Shown: piece by piece, positions 59,361 through 64,000 of the stretch
Layout: each line of letters begins with the position of its first letter
Position numbering within the stretch: the first letter of the stretch is position 1
Origin: an uncultured delta proteobacterium
Lineage (GTDB): Bacteria; Desulfobacterota; Desulfomonilia; UBA1062
Assembly: GCA_963785235.1 (NCBI GenBank)
Contig: CAWAUM010000003.1
Coordinates: forward strand, 256,001 to 320,000
Length of the DNA stretch: 64,000 nucleotides
Reading direction: 5' to 3'
The notes under the pieces: model-generated
Databases searched by the model: none
What the model was told of the DNA's origin: nothing
The model's input: the letters and a program-made list of their open reading frames with translations, nothing else
Made by a program: the position numbers and the translations under genes

Positions 59361-62262
59361 TCAAATTTTTTTCTGCATCCCGAGGGCCTTCATGCGGGAA
59401 TAGAGGCTTGTACGCTTCATGCCGAGGATCTCGGCCGCTCCGCTGGGGCCGCTTACCCTGCCCTTCGTGTATTCGAAGATATGCCTGATATACCTCCGCT
59501 GCAGCTCATCGAGTGTGGGCAGGTCATCGAAGGTTCCCTTCGCTCCTGACTGGGGCCCTGCGGGGAACAGCGGTATCTGAAATTCTTGACCCTTGGTAAG
59601 GATAACTGCCCGCTCAATGACGTTCTGCAGTTCGCGGACATTGCCGGGCCAGGCATATCTCATCAGCATGCCCACATCTTTTTGTGAAAGCTCAAGGCCC
59701 GGACGACCGTACTTTTTTGCATAGAATTCTATGAAATACCTCGCCAGCTCCATGATGTCTTCCTCGCGATCCCTCAGGGGAGGCATGAGCAGGGGAAAAA
59801 CGTTCAGACGATAGAAGAGATCTTCACGGAACCGGCCTGCAGCGACCTCGTCCTTGAGGGTGCGGTTGGTGGCTGCGATGAGGCGGAAATCCGACCTGAT
59901 GGACCGTCCGCCGCCGATCCTGACAAAGGTCTTTTCCTCCAGGGTTTTCAGGAGTTTTGTCTGGAGATGAAGCGGGAGTTCGCCGATCTCGTCCAGGAAG
60001 AGCGTGCCGTTATGCGCCAGTTCGACCCTGCCCAGTTTCTGTCTGTCCGCACCGGTGAAGGCGCCTTTCTCGTAACCGAAAAGCTCGCTCTCCACCAGGT
60101 TTTCCGGTATCGTGGCGCAGTCTACCACGATGAACGCCCCCCCGGATCTACGGCTGTTCTCGTGGATCCACTGTGCGAACACCCCTTTGCCGGTACCGGT
60201 TTCACCGGTGAGGAGCACGGTCGAATCCGTCGTGGCCACCTGGCCTGACATGGCCAGCTGCTCCCTCATGATCTTCGACCCGGCGATGAGCCGGGACTTC
60301 CTGAACTCCTGCTGCGAGGCATCCCGCTCGCGAAAGAGCTTCTCCTTCTCTTCCCTCACCCTCATGGTATTCAGAAGAAAATTGACCGTATCGGACGTGT
60401 GCCTGGAAAGGAGCGTCATCATGGCGGGATCCAGGAAGTCAAAGGCATCCTGCATGTATGAGTTGTCGTGGTACAGGACGCCGCGCGTCATGCCCTGCAC
60501 CTCAAAAGGTAGGCACAGGACAGAGCGGATCTTTTCCCCCTTCACGGCCCGCGCCGAAGGATCGTTCCTGACGACCAGGGGCTTGTTCGCCCTGAAGGCC
60601 TTGAGCACGTGCTCCAGGTACGGCTTGAACCGGGGTGAGTCAACCTCCTCTTTTGTCAGGTTGCTCGCCGCACGCAGCTCCGGCCTGCTGGTGTACTTCC
60701 CTTCGGCAAACCAGAAAATGCCGCCCCGCTCGGCGCCAAAGAACCGGTTGGTGGAGATGATGGTCTTGTGCAGTGTCTCTTCCTGACCCATGCTGGATCT
60801 GATGGAATCCATCTCCTCGAAATAGTGTCTGAGATACTCGTCCCTGGCGGATTGGGTATCCGGGGCCAGCAGCTTTTTTTCCAGGAGGGCCTTGTACTGG
60901 TCCGGGAAGAAATCGGCTGCATGTCCGCCGAACAAGTGCCATGCCTCCTGCGCATAAGCCTTTGCGGCTTCTTTGTTGTTGTTGAGGAGCTCGAGGTGAG
61001 CCATCTCGAGGACCGTCTTTGCCAGCTGTATGTGGTTTCCAGACAGCTCGAGGCATGTCCTGCTGGCTTCAAGGTCGGCCATTATTGGTTTCTTCTTCAC
61101 ATAGCCCTGATCCATCTTCTCCCGTGCCCGCAGGCGGAGCGCCACGCCCCTCAGATGCACGTTGACCCCGTTCAGGGTTGTCTCCACTATATCGCGGTAA
61201 TTCCAGTGCGGCAGCGGTTTGAATCCGAGCCTGTGGAACTCGTAGCCGATCTCGAGAACCCATGGTGAAGAGAACTGCTGGATGAGTCCTACCTGCAGCG
61301 CCTTTTGTACGGTATCCTGTAGTGCCTCATAACTCTTTTCCATATCACCCTTCATGAAATAGAGAAGACTAAGGCCGCCTCCGGAATAGTGGTACCCGAA
61401 GGCATTGCCTGCTTCAATCGACTCCTGCCTGGCCTTTTTGAGGTGGAACTCGGCCTCGTCATATTTCCTCACCAGGACCAGGGTTGTGCCCAGCACGGTC
61501 CTCAGGACCGAGACTATGGGCTTATTGGACTTCTCCTCGGCCAGGCGGAGATTGGAATCCAGGAACCCGAAGGCCCGATGGAACTGGCCAAGGTACAACG
61601 CACTGTAGCTGAAGAGGAGATAGGTCAGGGGCTGTGTGTACTCTTCTTTGATGCCGACGAGGTTTTCAAGATACTCCAGGTGTTTCATCACCTCCCGGAA
61701 CTGGCCCTTCATGAAATAGAACACGGCGATGAATTCGGCGGACTGGGAGAGGATGTCTTCGTCTCCGATCTCGTTCACCTTGTCCAGTCCTACGGATAAG
61801 GAAAGGAAGGCCTCATCCCTGCGGCCGGTGAAATAGTAGAGCATGCCCTTATGGAGGTTGATCAGGGCCTGGGATCGTTTATCTCCCAGCCTGGTTGCCA
61901 GTGCCTGGGCTGTTTCCAGGATTTCTCCCAGTTCGGTGATCCCCTTGCCCAGCACATAGCAGAGGTTCGAGAGCTTCAGGCTGCGGGAGATGTACAGGGC
62001 GCTGGTGTCGGGATCCAGGTCCAGGTTTTTCAGCCTTCCGACCGCCCTCATGAGGGATTCATGGACTGCTTCGAGATTCCTTTTTCCGCCCAGGTCCCTG
62101 TCGGCAATTTCGAATTCCATCCTACTGGCCTCGACAGCCCAGCCGATCTTTTCCAGGAGAACTATGAGGACATCCGGATCCAGGTCCCTGTCGATCTTCT
62201 TCGCATAGACGGCATCCACCAGGGCAGAGAGGTTCTTCTTCGAATTGATTCCCCTGATCTTC
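59361..62262 (-). CDS. Large sigma-54 enhancer-binding protein (TPR-like, GAF, AAA+, HTH), 5'-truncated
   Basis: [34 protein letters not shown]; frame stays open upstream of GTG 62219 with no RBS or ATG. Confidence 0.85.
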
Positions 62263-62263
62263 T

Positions 62264-63804
62264 TTGCTCGAAGAACAGGCAGCCAAGCTTAAGGAAAAAC
62301 CGTTTTTATACGTCATATACCAGGACCGCTATGTCAGTTATGCTGACATGGACCTGAACGCCAACAGGATAGCGAACTACCTGCTGAACATAGGGGCAGC
62401 ACCGGGTGACGGCATCGCCACATTCATGAACAACTCGTCCGAATTTCTGGACATCTTCTTCGGTATCCAGAAGATCGGGATGTATGTGAACACGGTGAAC
62501 ACCTCGCTACGCGGCGACCAGCTCGCCTACACCATTGACAACAGCGACACGAAATACCTGGTGGTGGACCACGACCTCATAGACATCTACCAGGGTGTTG
62601 CAGGCAAGACGCCCAAGGTGGAGCGTGTGGTCGTGAACACGCTGGAGGCGCCTGCGGGCTTCAAAGTCCCCAAGGGCATGATCGACCTCAAGGATGCATA
62701 CCATATCGATGTTCCCACGACGAAACCGGAAGTGAAGTTCGACGAGGACTCCATCCTCATGCTCATGTACACATCCGGCACCACCGGACTGCCCAAGGGC
62801 GTGGTCATGCGGTACAACAAGAACATCATCGACCGGCTCAAGATGCTTGCAGGCATTGTACTCACACCGGACTCAGTTTATTATACCGCGCTTCAGCTCT
62901 TCCATGGCAACGCGCTCTATGTCACCACCACCTCTGCATTGGTCGTGGGGTGCACGGTTGCCCTGTCCAAGCGGTTCTCGGCCAGCAAGTTCTGGGAGGA
63001 GATCGCCAATTCCAAAGCAACAATATTCAATACAATCGGCGCCATCATCCCCATCCTCATGAAGCAGCCGGAAAACCCATACGAGAAGAACCACAAGGTG
63101 GAAAAGATCCTGTCGGCCGGATGCCCTGCAGCCCTGTGGGAGCCCTTCGAGAACAGGTTTGGCGTCAAGATCTGGGAGGCCTATGCGGCCATCGACGGGA
63201 CCGGGTTTATCGCCAACTTCGGCGACGGGCCCAAGGGCTCCATCGGCAAGCCCCTGAACTCCATCATAAGGCTCGTGGACGACAAGGGCAATGATGTTTC
63301 AACAGGCACCACCGGTGAGCTGCTGTTCAAGGTTGACCCCAACAAGAAGAGCACGGTGGAGTACTACAAGAACCCGAATGCATCGGGCGAGAAGACAAGA
63401 GGCGACTGGGAGTATACCGGAGACCTCATGTACCAGGACGAGCAGGGCTACATTTATTTTGTGGGCCGCAGCACCGACTCCATGCGGAGAAGGGGCGAGA
63501 ACGTGTCGGCCTACGACGTGGAGCAGGCTATCCTCAAGCATCCAGATGTGCTGGAAGCAGCAGTATATGCAGTGCCCTCGGAGATGACCGAGGATGATAT
63601 CATGGCCTCGATCAAGCTCGTGGAGGGAAAAAACTGGCCGGCAAAGAGCTGTGGGACTTCCTCCAGGACAAGCTCGCCAAGTTTGCCATACCCCGGTACC
63701 TCCGCATGGTGGATGACTTCCCGCGCACCGAGACCTTCCGCATCAAGAAGGGCGAACTGAAGTCCACAGGCATCACGAAGGACACCTTCGATGCACAGGC
63801 ATGA
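62264..63804 (+). CDS. CaiC-like ATP-dependent acyl-CoA ligase, 5'-truncated, frameshifted near 63630
   Basis: YTSGTTGLPKGV, TGD, RRRGENVS; C-terminus LAKFAIPRY..FPRTETFRIKK in another frame to TGA at 63802. Confidence 0.85.
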
Positions 63805-63830
63805 TAAAAAAATTTATAGATCCATCCTCC

Positions 63831-64000
63831 TCAATCGAAGGGTTTTGCTAAGCGAAGGATCTCGGGTGGCAACTGGATATTCAGGTCCTTAATGACCTTG
63901 GCGTCCAGCATGATGGTGAGATCCTGCTGCAGCAAAATGGGCAGGGTTTCAGGCTTCACACCATTTTTAAGGATCTTTACAGACTGTTTGCCGGAAAGAG
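63831..64000 (-). CDS. C-terminus of an ABC transporter substrate-binding protein (partial)
   Basis: Manual translation: SGKQSVKILKNGVKPETLPI...DLNIQLPPEILRLA*. Confidence 0.65.
   Translation of the reverse strand, partial: LSGKQSVKILKNGVKPETLPILLQQDLTIMLDAKVIKDLNIQLPPEILRLAKPFD

Noticed and set aside
1576-63804. Frameshifts in coxD-like, ffh, porA, Smr, scpB, scpA, flgC, fliF, fliI and the caiC-like gene read as programmed frameshifting or pseudogenisation
   Set aside because: Spread evenly, often at short homopolymers, hit conserved genes and come without in-frame nonsense decay; best explained as long-read indel errors

Overview
Bacterial chromosomal window. Gene content (sigma-54 enhancer-binding proteins, pyruvate:ferredoxin oxidoreductase, DUF2520, PA2779-family protein, EF-G paralogue, flagellar flgB-fliJ block) suggests an anaerobic Deltaproteobacteria/Desulfobacterota-like organism; this is an inference. 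Single-base frameshifts are common, including in conserved genes (ffh, porA, scpB, fliF, fliI), which looks like uncorrected long-read error rather than biology. Left to right: acyl-CoA dehydrogenase/CoxE/CoxD-like genes, lipoproteins and a beta-barrel, a DUF2520-RfaE2 fusion, comF, an EPS export locus with a two-component system, ffh, porCDAB, LysR, Smr, holB, an EF-G paralogue, mog, a PhcB-like methyltransferase, scpAB-trpS, a flagellar regulatory/basal-body cluster, a membrane HD-GYP protein, a small AT-rich island with a RelE/Phd toxin-antitoxin pair, and two divergent genes truncated head-to-head. Most interesting: (1) a possible Phc-type fatty-acid methyl ester signalling system, with a PhcB-like synthase and a PhcS-like membrane sensor fused to an HD-GYP phosphodiesterase beside the flagellar operon; (2) four intergenic copies of a palindromic element, three with individually perfect arms, whose spacer appears flipped between two copies; (3) a candidate anti-Shine-Dalgarno sRNA divergent from a LysR regulator. 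Family calls are by motif recognition from memory; no database search was run.
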